64,000 nucleotides of DNA from Azolla caroliniana (lineage: Eukaryota > Plantae > Polypodiophyta): positions 21,638,001 through 21,702,000 of the forward strand of contig JBHGNT010000003.1 in NCBI GenBank assembly GCA_043228905.1. Direction: 5' to 3'. The notes below the pieces were generated by a model that saw only the letters and a list, made by a program, of their open reading frames with translations, was not told where the DNA came from and ran no database searches. Positions 20,301 to 32,354 of the stretch are shown piece after piece (the first letter of the stretch is position 1; the number at the start of each line of letters is the position of its first letter). The position numbers and the translations under genes were made by a program.

Positions 20301-22648
20301 TAGTCGAAACACCGATCGAAGTCCGAAGGGTAACATTTTCCGATGTGCCGACCCTTCAAGAAGGCCCCGCTCCTAACACACGGTCAGCTTCACGGGTAGC
20401 TGAACCTTACACTACCGACTCGGACAACTCTGACTCGGCACAGCAGAATAATTCGCTTTCGGACCATCCGACCTCGATACCTGATACGACCAGTCCAATT
20501 ATACCTCGACGATCCGAGAGACTGTCGCAACCTCCGGAGAGGTATTCTCCTGGAATTTTCTTCACCGACGCCGGCGAACCGACGTCTTACGAAGAAGCAT
20601 CGACATCTGTCGATTCAGCCACCTGGCATCTGGCGATGGAGTCGGAAATGCACTCCATTCGGGCAAACAAGACTTGGGATCTGGTCGAATTACCTAAGAA
20701 TCGACGTGCTCTTCCTTGCAAGTGGGTTTATCGACTAAAAGAGACGTCTGATTCGACCACCCCAAAGTACAAGGCCAGATTAGTTGCGAAGGGCTTCCGA
20801 CAAGAATATGGCGTCGACTTCGACGAGATTTTTTCACCAGTGGTGAAAATGACAACCCTTCGTTTTCTACTCGGCGTAGTGGCAGCCGACAACTTGGAGC
20901 TGATTCAGCTAGATGTCAAAACAGCCTTCCTCCATGGTGATCTTGAAGAGGAAATTTATATGGAGCAGCCAAAAGGCTTCGTGGCAACTGGCCAAGAACA
21001 TCTAGTCTGCCGACTCAGGAAGAGTCTATACGGCCTCAAACAGGCACCGCGACAATGGTACAAGAAGTTCGACGACTTCATCCAATCGATCGGCTTCTCC
21101 AAAAGCGATGAGGACCATTGTCTTTTTACCAACACAGCTCAAGATGGATCACCCATCTTCCTCATCATTTACGTGGACGACATGCTAATTTCTGGACGCC
21201 ACGCGGGCGAACTTGCCGATCTCATTCGGCAACTGCGGTTGAAGTTTGCCATGAAGGACCTCGGTCCGGCACGACACATACTTGGCATGAAGATTAGTCG
21301 GCATCGCGATAAACGACATCTTTTTTTGTCTCAGACCGACTATATCGGACGTGTCTTGGAACGCTTCAACATGCAATCAGCCAAATCTGCTTCAACCCCG
21401 CTCCCCATGAATCTTCGGCTCTCTCAGCGAGACTACCCGACATCCGGTCCGGAGGGGGAAGATATGAAGTCGGTACCGTATGCACCGGCAGTCGGCTCCC
21501 TTATGTACCTGATGGTCGCGACACGGCCTGATATTTCTCATGCCGTAGGAGTCGTTAGCAGATTTATGCACAATCCTCGCCGATCGCATTGGAACGCAGT
21601 CAAGCATGTGTTCAAATATCTGGCTGGCACAAAAGACCACGGCATTCTTTTCGGTCCGAACTCAACCTCAGGCGTAGTCGGTTACACCGACTCGGACTTC
21701 GCCGGCTGTATAGACAGTCGGAAATCAACAACCGGATACTGCTTCAAATTCGGCAATGGAGCAATTTCATGGAAGTCGAAACTTCAGGAGTGCACAGCGA
21801 CCTCAACGACCAAAGCAGAATATGTAGCTGTGTCCGACGCTGCAAAAGAAGCTTTGTGGCTCGGCCGGCTGGCGCACACGTTTCGACAAGTCGACCATGA
21901 CTCGGCCCCAGTTGTCTATAGCGACAGTCAAGGTGTTGTTGCCTTGTCGAAAAATCCGGTTCACCACAACGCCTCCAAACATATCGACGTTCGATATCAC
22001 TTCGTTCGGGACTGCGTCATTTCAGGGAAAATCGGTCTAGAGAAAATATCCACAACCGACAATGTCGCAGATGGAATGACCAAGTGTCTTTCGGCAGACC
22101 GCTTTCGGTCCCTTCGGCATCAGATGGGCATAACGACAAACCAGTCCGGTTAGAGCCGGACACAGCGCAGGATGGTTTCAGACAACCGACATCAGTTCCC
22201 TAATGATCGGCTTCAACTCTTCCGACCCGACCAGTCCGGTCTTCTGCCTTCGGACCCTGCCGACTCGAACAAAACTGATATGTCCGAGAACCTAGGTTTA
22301 TACCTGTGATCTTAGATAACCCATGTATACGCCCATTACGGGGGAGTGTCGAATACAAGTGTATAATGGACGTATTCACACTATCCCTTTGTATAGCTCA
22401 AGTTTGGGTCATTTGTGTAATTAGCATAAATGGTAGTTGCCCTAAGTTTGTCACTATATAAAGTGACCTAGTAACCTTTTTGTAAGGTTGGTTGTATTAT
22501 TGTTTCTATTGAATAGAAAGAGTCTTTTGTGCCTCCTCTCTCTCTGTCTCTCTATCTCTGTGCACGATCTTGGAAACTGTTATACGCAGGTACTCAACCC
22601 CATTCGAATGCTACTTGATCTTCCGCATTGACGGCCTTGTCTTCAACA
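17302..22648 (+). mobile_element. Copia C1, full-length, TSD CTCAG
   Basis: 302-bp LTRs 17302-17603 and 22347-22648 (1 difference seen); PBS TGGTATCAGAGC 17606-17617; PPT GGGGGAG. Confidence 0.97.
18122..22153 (+). CDS. gag-pol: Ty1/Copia Gag-PR-INT-RT-RH polyprotein, 1343 aa, uninterrupted
   Basis: CNYCKKPGHIKADC, WLLDSGASFH, VHSDVCGP, DVKTAFLHG, YVDDML, SKHIDVRYHF. Confidence 0.97.
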   Translation: MTSTSGSSKMSLQKFDGSNFNFWKEQMQDYLIVKGQIDPIENEEPPEGYKPIEWQKLDRIVRATIRMHLSESVYFTVQSCTTAFELWKTLSDTYEKKVVATKMFLIRRLYNLRMKESDSVQTHLNEYESISSQISSQGTAIEDELRAMILMSSLPSSWETFVTTVCNASTTAVKYSEVTSAILTEAARRKSFAKDSTDDAYVVQGSTERSNIRGRDSSRQPNNQRRRSQSRDNRICNYCKKPGHIKADCRALKNKNDKSQKSDKKSGRHEEINYVSFSADVLPNDPNILSIENPVGSEVLLTTEESSTWLLDSGASFHVTPHRSQFRQYTIRHSDSVRVGNSQHCDIIGIGTVELNLAGGSTLVLHNVRHVPELSRPLISVGQLDEDGIRAGFSSGGWTLHRGNLLLARGPKIHSLYPLHVTLREGNLFLVDIPVSSLWHRRLGHLSKAGITHLSRAGYIPKLSFSDHQFCEHCQYGKQAAASHPTSAPRETRPLDLVHSDVCGPMPHQSLGGASYFVSFIDDSTRKVWAYPIRTKDRVFSIFSDWLAMVENQTDGKLKCFRTDNGGEFKSEEFVKFCRQRGIRREFTAPHSLEQNGIAERMNRTIQERIVSMLQHSGLSDGFWAEALLTAVHIINMSPSRPLGLQIPQELWIGSKPNYDKLRIFGCEAYALIPKDDRRKLAPRSRKCIFLGYGSDGEMGYRLWDPERRQIVRSSDVVFNESAMNPLVETPIEVRRVTFSDVPTLQEGPAPNTRSASRVAEPYTTDSDNSDSAQQNNSLSDHPTSIPDTTSPIIPRRSERLSQPPERYSPGIFFTDAGEPTSYEEASTSVDSATWHLAMESEMHSIRANKTWDLVELPKNRRALPCKWVYRLKETSDSTTPKYKARLVAKGFRQEYGVDFDEIFSPVVKMTTLRFLLGVVAADNLELIQLDVKTAFLHGDLEEEIYMEQPKGFVATGQEHLVCRLRKSLYGLKQAPRQWYKKFDDFIQSIGFSKSDEDHCLFTNTAQDGSPIFLIIYVDDMLISGRHAGELADLIRQLRLKFAMKDLGPARHILGMKISRHRDKRHLFLSQTDYIGRVLERFNMQSAKSASTPLPMNLRLSQRDYPTSGPEGEDMKSVPYAPAVGSLMYLMVATRPDISHAVGVVSRFMHNPRRSHWNAVKHVFKYLAGTKDHGILFGPNSTSGVVGYTDSDFAGCIDSRKSTTGYCFKFGNGAISWKSKLQECTATSTTKAEYVAVSDAAKEALWLGRLAHTFRQVDHDSAPVVYSDSQGVVALSKNPVHHNASKHIDVRYHFVRDCVISGKIGLEKISTTDNVADGMTKCLSADRFRSLRHQMGITTNQSG

Positions 22649-23790
22649 CTCAGTGCCGCTTTGACTCCCCTTGCTTATGGAGGGTCCGGAACTGCTACCA
22701 ACACAACCTCTGTGCCTCCGATCCTACTCTTGTCGGCCGCCTCCATTGCGTGCCGACCCACTTCATCCACCACGTCCATGGGGCCGATTTGTTTCCGTGT
22801 ACAGCAGCCGACCGTCCGATTGAGTGGTCCTTGACCCACTCACGTGGTTTTCTTTGACCATCAGCATCGATTGCAAGTCGAAGAAGGACAGTGGTTTCTC
22901 CCGGGTGCAGATCGCTGTCCGGATTGGCCCGTACCTTTGTGCTAGACCACCGAGGTAGATTTGTACCATCTCGTCTTCTTCCACCGTCACATTGATGGAC
23001 CCGAGTGCATTGCAAATCTCCTTTATCTTGGTGGTGTAGTCCGTAACCAACATGTCTCTTTGCCGGATGTTGTTCAGCTCTTGCCGGAGCTGCAACTTAT
23101 GAGTTGTGGTACTTGCGGCGAAAATCTTCCGTAGATTTTCCCAGGCCTCCTTCGGCATCTTTGCATCCTTGATGTGGCTGAGCATTTGATCATGCACACC
23201 GGACGCGAGACAGTACAGTACCCGACTCGCTCCTTGCTCCCATACCGGGAAGTCTTTGTGTGACAACTCTAGTGCTACTTCATTTGTTCCTTCCACGAAG
23301 CTCCAATATCCATGCCCCAGCAAGTACTGGTGCATTTTATATGACTAGGACGCATAGTTGCTCTGGTCGAGGTTCTCTGTTGGAAGTGAACTCTTCATTC
23401 CTCTTTCCATGTCTTCTCTCTATTTGTTGTTACCGGGTTCTAGGGTTCGTCTACGGAAGGAAATGTCGACTGCAGAGGTTCTCAACCCTCGCGCTCTAAT
23501 ACCATGTGAATGTTAATGTGTGGAAGCGTCAAACAGAACCGGCTCAGCCGTATAGCAACAGAAAAAAATGAGATGAAGCTTTAATGGAAAGCTTAAAAAC
23601 ACAGAGGAGACAAAGAGAGCAGAACATAAAACTATATTCAAAAATTAACTCTAAAACTCTGTACATACAGCGTGCTAAGCATCACTATTTATACAAGTCC
23701 ATAAAGGACTGATAGGTACTTCAATGTTCACCCGTGCGACTGACACTAACTACGAGACAATGATTACCTAGTAGTCTAGGCTACTACTAG

Positions 23791-23874
23791 TGTTGGAGAC
23801 AAAGTCGTCTATGCGGAAGATCAAGAAGCATTCGATTCCTTTCTGTACCTGCGTATGACAGTTTCTAGGTCGTT

Positions 23875-23910
<36 letters not shown>

Positions 23911-26900
23911 AAAAGACTTTCTTATTCCACAAAGCAATAATACAACACCCAACCTTACAAAAAGGTTACAAGGTCACTATATATAGTGACCGACTTAGGG
24001 CAACTACCCTTTATGCTAATTACATAAATGGCCAAAACGGGATAGTGTGAATACGTCCATTATACACATGTATTCGACACTCCCCCGTAATGGGCGTATA
24101 CATGGGTTATCTAAGATTACAGGTATAGACTTAGGTTCTCGGACATATCAGCTTTGTTCGAGTCGGCAGGGTCCGAAGGCAGAAGACCGAACTGGTCGGG
24201 TCGGAACAGTTGAAGCCGATCATTAAGGAACTGATGTCGGTTGTCGGGAACCATCCTGCTCTGTGTCCGGCTCTAACCGGACTGGTTTGTCGTTACGCCC
24301 ATCTGATGCCGAAGAGACCGAAAACGGTCTGCCGAAAGACACTTGGTCATTCCATCTGCGACATTGTCGGTTGTGGATATTTTCTCTAGACCGATTTTCC
24401 CTGAAATGACGCAGTCCCGAACGAAGTGATATCGAACGTCGATATGTTTGGAGGCGTTGTGGTGAACCGGATTTTTCGACAAGGCAACAGCACCTTGACT
24501 GTCGCTGTAGACAACTGGAGCCGAGTCATGGTCGACTTGTCGAAACGTGTGCGCCAGCCGACCGAGCCACAAAGCTTCTTTTGCTGCGTCGGACGCAGCT
24601 ACATATTCTGCTTCGGTCGTTGAGGTCGCTGTGCACTCCTGAAGTTTCGACTTCCACGAGATTGCTCCATTGCCGAATTTGAAGCAGTATCCGGTTGTTG
24701 ATTTCCGACTGTCTATACAGCCGGCGAAGTCCGAGTCGGTGTAACCGACTACGCCTGAGGTTCGGTTCGGACCGAAAAGAATGCCGTGGTCTTTTGTGCC
24801 AGCCAGATATCTGAACACATGCTTGACTGCGTTCCAATGCGATCGGCGAGGATTGTGCATAAATCTGCTAACGACTCCTACGGCGTGAGAAATATCAGGC
24901 CATGTCGCGACCATCAGGTACATAAGGGAGCCGACTGCCGGTGCATACGGTACCGACTTCATATCTTCCCCCTCCGGACCGGATGTCGGGCAATCTCGCT
25001 GAGAGAGCCGAAGATTCATGGGGAGCGGGGTTGAAGCAGATTTGGCTGATTGCATGTTGAAGCGTTCTAAGACACGTCGGATATAGTCGGTCTGAGACAA
25101 AAAAAGATGTCGTTTATCGCGATGCTGACTAATCTTCATGCCAAGGATGTGTCGTGCCGGACCGAGGTCCTTCATGGCAAACTTCAACCGCAGTTGCCGA
25201 ATGAGATCGGCAAGTTCGCCCGCGTGGCGTCCAGAAATTAGCATGTCGTCCACGTAAATGATGAGGAAGATGGGTGATCCATCTTGAGCTGTGTTGGTAA
25301 AGAGACAATGGTCCTCATCGCTTTTTGAGAAGCCGATCAATTGGATGAAGTCGTCGAACTTCTTGTACCATTGTCGCGGTGCCTGTTTGAGGCCGTATAG
25401 ACTCTTCCTGAGTCGGCAGACTAGATGTTCTTGGCCAGTTGCCACGAAGCCTTTTGGCTGCTCCATATAAATTTCCTCTTCAAGATCACCATGGAGGAAT
25501 GCTGTTTTGACATCTAGCTGAATCAGCTCCAAGTTGTCGGCTGCCACTACGCCGAGTAGAAAACGAAGGGTTGTCATTTTCACCACTGGTGAAAAAATCT
25601 CGTCGAAGTCGACGCCATATTCTTGTCGGAAGCCCTTCGCAACTAATCTGGCCTTGTACTTTGGGGTGGTCGAATCAGACGTCTCTTTTAGTCGATAAAC
25701 CCACTTGCAAGGAAGAGCACGTCGGTTCCTAGGTAATTCGACCAGATCCCAAGTCTTGTTTGCCCGAATGGAGTGCATTTCCGACTCCATCGCCAGATGC
25801 CAGGTGGCTGAATCGACAGATGTCGATGCTTCTTCGTAAGACGTCGGTTCGCCGGCGTCGGTGAAGAAAATTCCAGGAGAGTACCTCTCCGGAGGTTGCG
25901 ACAGTCTCTCGGATCGTCGAGGTATGATTGGACTGGTCGCATCGGGTATCGTGGTCGGATGGTCCGAAAGCGGATTGTTCTGTTGTGCCGAGTCGGAGTT
26001 GTCCGAGTCGGTAGTGTAAGGTTCAGCTACCCGTGAAGCTGACCGTGTGTTGAGAGCGGGGCCTTCTTGAAGGGTCGGCACATCGGAAAATGTTACCCTT
26101 CGGACTTCGATCGGTTTTTCGACTGATGGATTCACAGCCGACTCGTTGAACACAACGTCCGAACTTCGAACGATTTGTCTGCGTTCGGGGTCCCAGAGTC
26201 GGTATCCCATTTCGCCGTCTGATCCATATCCAAGGAAAATGCATTTCCTGGACCGAGGTGCAAGTTTTCGGCGATCATCTTTCGAAATAAGGGCGTACGC
26301 CTCGCATCCGAAGATCCTCAGCTTGTCGTAATTCGGCTTACTGCCGATCCATAGTTCCTGAGGAATTTGAAGTCCTAGAGGTCTACTTGGCGACATATTG
26401 ATTATGTGTACTGCCGTGAGTAGAGCCTCTGCCCAGAAGCCATCCGATAGTCCGGAGTGTTGGAGCATGGAAACTATCCTTTCTTGGATTGTCCGATTCA
26501 TTCGTTCTGCAATCCCGTTTTGCTCCGGACTGTGTGGTGCCGTAAATTCACGTCGGATGCCGCGTTGTCGGCAGAATTTGACGAATGCATCGGATTTGAA
26601 CTCTCCCCCATTGTCGGTCCGAAAGCATTTCAGTTTTCGGTCGGTTTGATTTTCTACCATAGCGAGCCAATCTGAGAAGATCGAGAAGACACGATCTTTG
26701 GTGCGAATTGGATACGCCCACACCTTTCGAGTCGAATCGTCAATAAAAGTGACGAAGTAAGAGGCACCGCCGAGAGACTGATGCGGCATTGGGCCACAGA
26801 CGTCCGAGTGGACCAAATCGAGAGGTCTCGTTTCTCTTGGTGCTGATGTCGGGTGTGATGCGGCTGCTTGTTTGCCATACTAGCAATGCTCGCAGAATTG

Positions 26901-29043
26901 ATGGTCGGAGAAGGAGAGTTTAGGGATGTATCCGGCTCTAGATAGATGCGTAATGTCGGCCTTGCTGAGGTGTCCTAATCTTCTGTGCCATAGTGATGAC
27001 ACAGGAATATCCACCAAAAACAGGTTACCCTCTCTGAGCGTAACATGTAACGGATACAGGGAGTGTATCTTGGGTCCTCTAGCAAGCAGGAGGTTCCCCC
27101 TGTGGAGTGTCCACCCTCCCGAAGAAAAACCGGCACGAATGCCGTCTTCATCTAGTTGTCCGACTGAGATCAATGGCCTTGAGAGCTCGGGTACATGTCG
27201 GACATTGTGGAGTACAAGTGTAGAGCCACCTGCAAGGTTGAGCTCTACTGTGCCGATTCCGATGATGTCACAGTGTTGTGAGTTGCCGACCCGAACTGAG
27301 TCGGAGTGACGGATCGTATATTGCCGAAATTGGGATCGATGAGGAGTCACGTGAAATGACGCACCCGAATCTAAGAGCCATGTGCTCGATTCTTCAGTCG
27401 TGAGCAGAACTTCTGATCCGACTGGATTTTCGATTGATAGTATATTCGGGTCGTCTGGTAGCACATCAGCTGACAAGCTGACGTAATTGATCTCCTCATG
27501 CCGGCCACTCTTCTTGTTGTTCTTGTTCTTGAGTGCGCGGCAGTCGGCTTTGATGTGTCCAGGTTTCTTGCAATAGTTGCAGATTCGGTTATCCCATGAC
27601 TGGCTCCGTCTTCGCTGATTGTTCGGCGGCCGTGAGGAATCTCTTCCTCGTATGTTCGATCGGTCTGTCGAACCTTGTACTACGTAAGCGTCGTCTGTTG
27701 AGTCTTTGGCGAAAGACTTTCTCCGAGCTGCTTCGGTCAGGATTGCGCTCGTGACTTCGGAGTATTTAACAGCCGTGGTTGACGCGTTGCACACGGTTGT
27801 GACGAAAGTTTCCCATGATGAGGGAAGGCTGCTCATGAGTATCATTGCTCTGAGTTCATCCTCGATTGCCGTCCCCTGTGACGAGATTTGGGAGCTTATG
27901 CTTTCGTACTCATTGAGGTGTGCTTGAACCGAATCGGATTCTTTCATCCGCAAGTTGTAGAGGCGCCGGATCAGAAACATCTTCGTTGCGGCGACCTTCT
28001 TTTCGTAAGTGTCCGACAGTGTTTTCCACAGTTCGAATGCTGTCGTACACGATTGCACCGTAAAGTATACCGATTCCGATAGGTGCATCCGAATCGTGGC
28101 GCGGACGATTCTGTCCAGCTTCTGTCACTCAATTGGTTTGTATCCTTCTGGAGGTTCTTCATTTTCGATGGGATCGATTTGCCCCTTGACTATGAGATAG
28201 TCCTGCATTTGTTCCTTCCAGAAGTTGAAGTTCGATCCATCGAACTTTCGTAGACTCATTTCTGACGAGCCGGATGTTGATGCCATCAAATTCGGTTTTG
28301 GTTGACGAAGCTCGGTTCGGAGTTGACTACGAACCTTGTTGGAGTGCAGCCGGTTGGCTCACCCGATATCGTTCTAGTCGGATTTGAACCCGAGTCGGTT
28401 CGGCTTCGGAACTTGCTCGAATTGACTCCGGTAGCTTGAGGGACAGAACCGACTGGTCTTCCCGAATGTTGCCGAGTCGGAGTGAGCCCGGTTCGCTTCG
28501 GATATATATGCCGAATACCGATTATTGAAACCGATTATCTGGACCGATTCGGCTTCGGGTGACTGCAGCGACGAGAGAGATGGATCCAACTGATCCTCTC
28601 GAATGTCGATCAGCCGGATGAAGCACGAATTGGGGTTGTTGTCTTGAGACCGATCTGCACCGAGTGGTTACAATGAGCGGCGAGCAGCGTTTGATGACCT
28701 CTTCGGATGCCGTTTAACCGAATGGAGCACGATCGTGTCAAAGTTGCACAAGGGGATTTCACCTCGAGCGGTTACGATCACAAGGAACGGAGTACAACCT
28801 GCTGGCTTACTCCAAGCAAAGATGATCTAACGCGATGAGATGCAGGCCTCGTTTTTCTTCTTCTTCTCTCTTCTTCGAATGACGCAGGAAACCGAATGCT
28901 GAGACGACGGCCGACAGCGGATTGAAGGACCGACTACTGTGCAGGCTCTGATACCAGATGTTGGAGACAAAGTCGTCTATGCGGAAGATCAAGAAGCATT
29001 CGATTCCTTTCTGTACCTGCGTATGACAGTTTCTAGGTCGTTG

Positions 29044-29075
<32 letters not shown>

Positions 29076-29247
29076 CACAAAAGACTTTCTTATTCCACAA
29101 AGCAATAATACAACACCCAACCTTACAAAAAGGTTACAAGGTCACTATATATAGTGACCGACTTAGGGCAACTACCCTTTATGCTAATTACATAAATGGC
29201 CAAAACGGGATAGTGTGAATACGTCCATTATACACATGTATTCGACA
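23791..29247 (-). mobile_element. Copia C2, full-length, TSD ACTAG, same family as C1
   Basis: 289-bp LTRs 23791-24079 and 28959-29247; PBS 28945-28956; PPT 24080-24088. Confidence 0.97.
24273..28286 (-). pseudogene. gag-pol: Copia polyprotein with two premature stops (~28126 and 26880)
   Basis: ORFs 26880..28088 and 24273..26816 are in frame and nearly identical to C1. Confidence 0.93.
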
Positions 29248-29376
29248 ACTAGGCTTCCAGTTCCCGCTCGAATCGGCTCTCCGATCCGGCCGGTTGTTTC
29301 CGGATACCATTTGGATACCAATCTGGCTCAGGCTTATTCCGCCGAAATGGATCCGGTTCATCTTGCTCGCTCAACA

Positions 29377-29583
29377 AAAAGCTAAAGTAAAAGTACTAGT
29401 GGCCGAGCATGTATAAAGATGTACTACATTTTGTGTCCACATGCGAAAGTTGTCAAGTACATTCGAACGTACGTCACCGTGATGGGTTGCGACCAACATA
29501 CCCACTCACCATACACTTTAAATGGATGGTGGATTTGGTCTCGATGCCAATGGGAGTGGGAAAGATGAAGTACTTAGTACTAT
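29377..29583 (+). pseudogene. pol: Gypsy integrase fragment (N-terminal part), probably element D
   Basis: WPSMYKDVLHFVSTCESCQVHS...FKWMVDLV; continues at 41319. Confidence 0.8.
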
Positions 29584-32354
29584 CGTTACGTAAATTGGAC
29601 TCGTGTCTACCGTTACGTAAATTGGAGTGGTCTTTCCGTAGACAGCCTTCCGGAGTGCCGGAGCCGCGGCAAGTGCTTCCTTCATCTTCCGGACAGACTC
29701 CGTATGCTCGCCTCTCCACTCGAATTTTCGCCCCTTTTTCAGCAACCCGTACAACGGCTCCGCGACGTGAGCGTAATGCGGGATCCATATGTGGTAGAAC
29801 GTGCATGCTCCCAAGAACCTCCAAACCTCCGTGACCGAGCTACAGTCGTTCTTCATCGCAGAGATGGTTTCTACCTTAGCCGGAGACGGTTTCCGACCGT
29901 ACGGCCCGCATAGGTGTCCGACGACCATGATCTTTAATTGCCCGAAGGCCGACTTTCCCCCGGAGAAGGTGAGCCTCGCGCTCTCCAACCTCTGCAACAC
30001 CTTCTCGCAGTCATCAATGTGCGTCACCACGAATTTCCGACATCCGTCCGGTCCGATCGTCTCGTCCCTTTCCTCCACCGCGCATCCCTTGATCGGGACG
30101 TCGTCCAAAAACGGCATGGTGATGTCCGGGATACAATCCCTCAGCACTTTGTTCATTGCGTTCACCATGTGAGCCACCGAGTTCGTCCCTCCTTGCGGCA
30201 GGGTACACATTCGTACTAGGCCGAGAAGAGTTCGCATTGTCGTGATGTCCCTGCTCTCTACAACAAGCTGGAACTGATCGTACCCCGAATAGAGATCACC
30301 GACCAAGTAAATCGACCTTCCGGCGAAGGCCTCCGCGAACTCGTCTATTGTCGGTCCGATTCCCGCATTTCGAATGGTCACCTTGTTGACTGGCTGCAGG
30401 TCTTGAATAAAGCGCAGCGTGTCGTCCTTCTTCGGCACGGTAAACCACCGATTCGAGTATGGGGCACTCGACGGTTCGAGGATTCCCATCTCGACCTTTT
30501 GCTTTAACAGCTCCATCAGCTTCGGGATGTGAGCTCTGGGTACTGGAATCGGTTTGAGACTCCACGGCACATGCGGTACCGTGAATATCACCATCGATTC
30601 CACGACTGTCGGGTCTACGCACCCGATCTGCTCCAGTGAGAATGTGAAAGCCTTCCCGTGCCTTCCGAGCATTCCCCGAAAACGGTCCTCTTCCGCCAGC
30701 AGTAGGAAGCCGCCCCCACCGATTTTGAGCTCTCGCAACGTTATGTCGGTGAACGTGTGTCCTATGCGGGCCGGATTTCGTAAACTCGGGTCCGACGCAA
30801 CCCCCTTTATTCGCAACTCGCTGCCCTCCGGCAAGGGAGCCGCGACTGGCCTCACCTTCCGGTCCACAGTCTTGTACCTCGTGTCCACCCGGGCCGTCCG
30901 ACCCGACTCGAGCCCTCTACTGAAGTCAGTGATGACTTCGTACATCTTTTCCGAACATACCGGAATCGTCCAGTCCTATTTAAGGACTCCTCCGACTACC
31001 TCCCGCAGCTCCCCCAAGGTATCGACGAAAGAGACCGCCTCCACGGCTCCGTTGATTTCTTCTCCGAGGTCGAGGACGCCACATGCCCGAAGTCGCTCCT
31101 CCGCCCTTCTCTTCTTCCGGCCAACAACGTCGACTATCGTACACCCTCCGTTGTCGGAGAACCAAAATTCCCTACTTATAGCACGGGTCTTCTTCGCTAT
31201 CATACACTTGTGGGGTTTTCCCGGAGTGTCCGGACTATTGCGGCCCCACGCCTTGATAGCCCTCTTCAAAAGTCCTCCCGGCTTTCGCCCCCAAGGGTCT
31301 CGCGGTTCCTCTCATGGTTCGGTCTCACCGTCAAGAACTGGACCGAGTGACGCCCATCCTGGCTCTTGACCCTTGCATAGGCCGAGCCGTTGTCCAACAC
31401 CTTGGTCTCCATTCGTGCTGCCGTGATGTACGGTTCACCTAGTATAACCGGATGTGAGGACGTCTCCTGCACGAAGAAGTGCTAGTCAATCTCGACATCG
31501 CCGATCTTTACTCGTACGTTCGGGCAGGCTCCATGCAGTTCTTCGGTGGCACGTTGTCGTAGTGTAGGTTGCACACTATGTGGAAATTATATTTTTGTCC
31601 CTCCGGATAGAGAATGGAGTGCTCGGTGAGAACCGGAAGAAAACGGCATACCGGCAAGGAAGAGCCGGATAAAGAGACATAAATGTAAAAAAAAGAAGAA
31701 GGAAATACTCACTACTGCGCAGGGCGTGATTCGAACTTTGCACCTCCACGTTGACAAACCCCAACCTTACCATTACATTAACTTATCTTAAGTGTTTTAA
31801 ATATAGATTTAATACGTATAAGACCTTTATTTATGCATACCTTTATTAAAAGGTAAATCGTGTATTTTTTTAATATATGAAAAAGACGAGACACTAAAAA
31901 TAACTCATGCACATCTAGCGTGCATGAGCCCTATACTTAGGAAATAAAAAAGCATCACATGCACATTTAGTGGACATGAACACTTTTTGTAAAAAAAAAA
32001 AAACATGAAGACATGCTTAGCTCTTCCTTCCTTATATAAGGAGGAGAGAAATATGTAAAGGGTTGTTGATTATTTGGATTAAGAATTAATCAATACAAAA
32101 ATTATTCGTGGGATTCACGATTTAGACATCTACTTCTCTCTTAACACCCTAAGTACCAATTAATATAGTATACTCGTGTGATTCACGAGTTTCTTATCTT
32201 TCTCTTTGCTATTTACTCATAATTAATCTCTATCTCACGAACTTCTTTCTCCTAGTCCAAGACCTCTGTGGTTCCCACCCGACTCACGCAACGATCCGAA
32301 GCCGAAAGGCACGACACAGTTGGTGAACCCGACGTGAAGACGGGTGGCAAGGAG

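Larger units (their letters stand above)
16701..29376 (-). mobile_element. Copia C0, 3'-truncated after the protease; host of C1 and C2
   Basis: 5' LTR 23505-23790 + 29253-29376; iMet PBS 23493-23504; gag ORF 22763..23335(-); protease WYVDSGASNHMT near 17020; related to C3. Confidence 0.88.
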
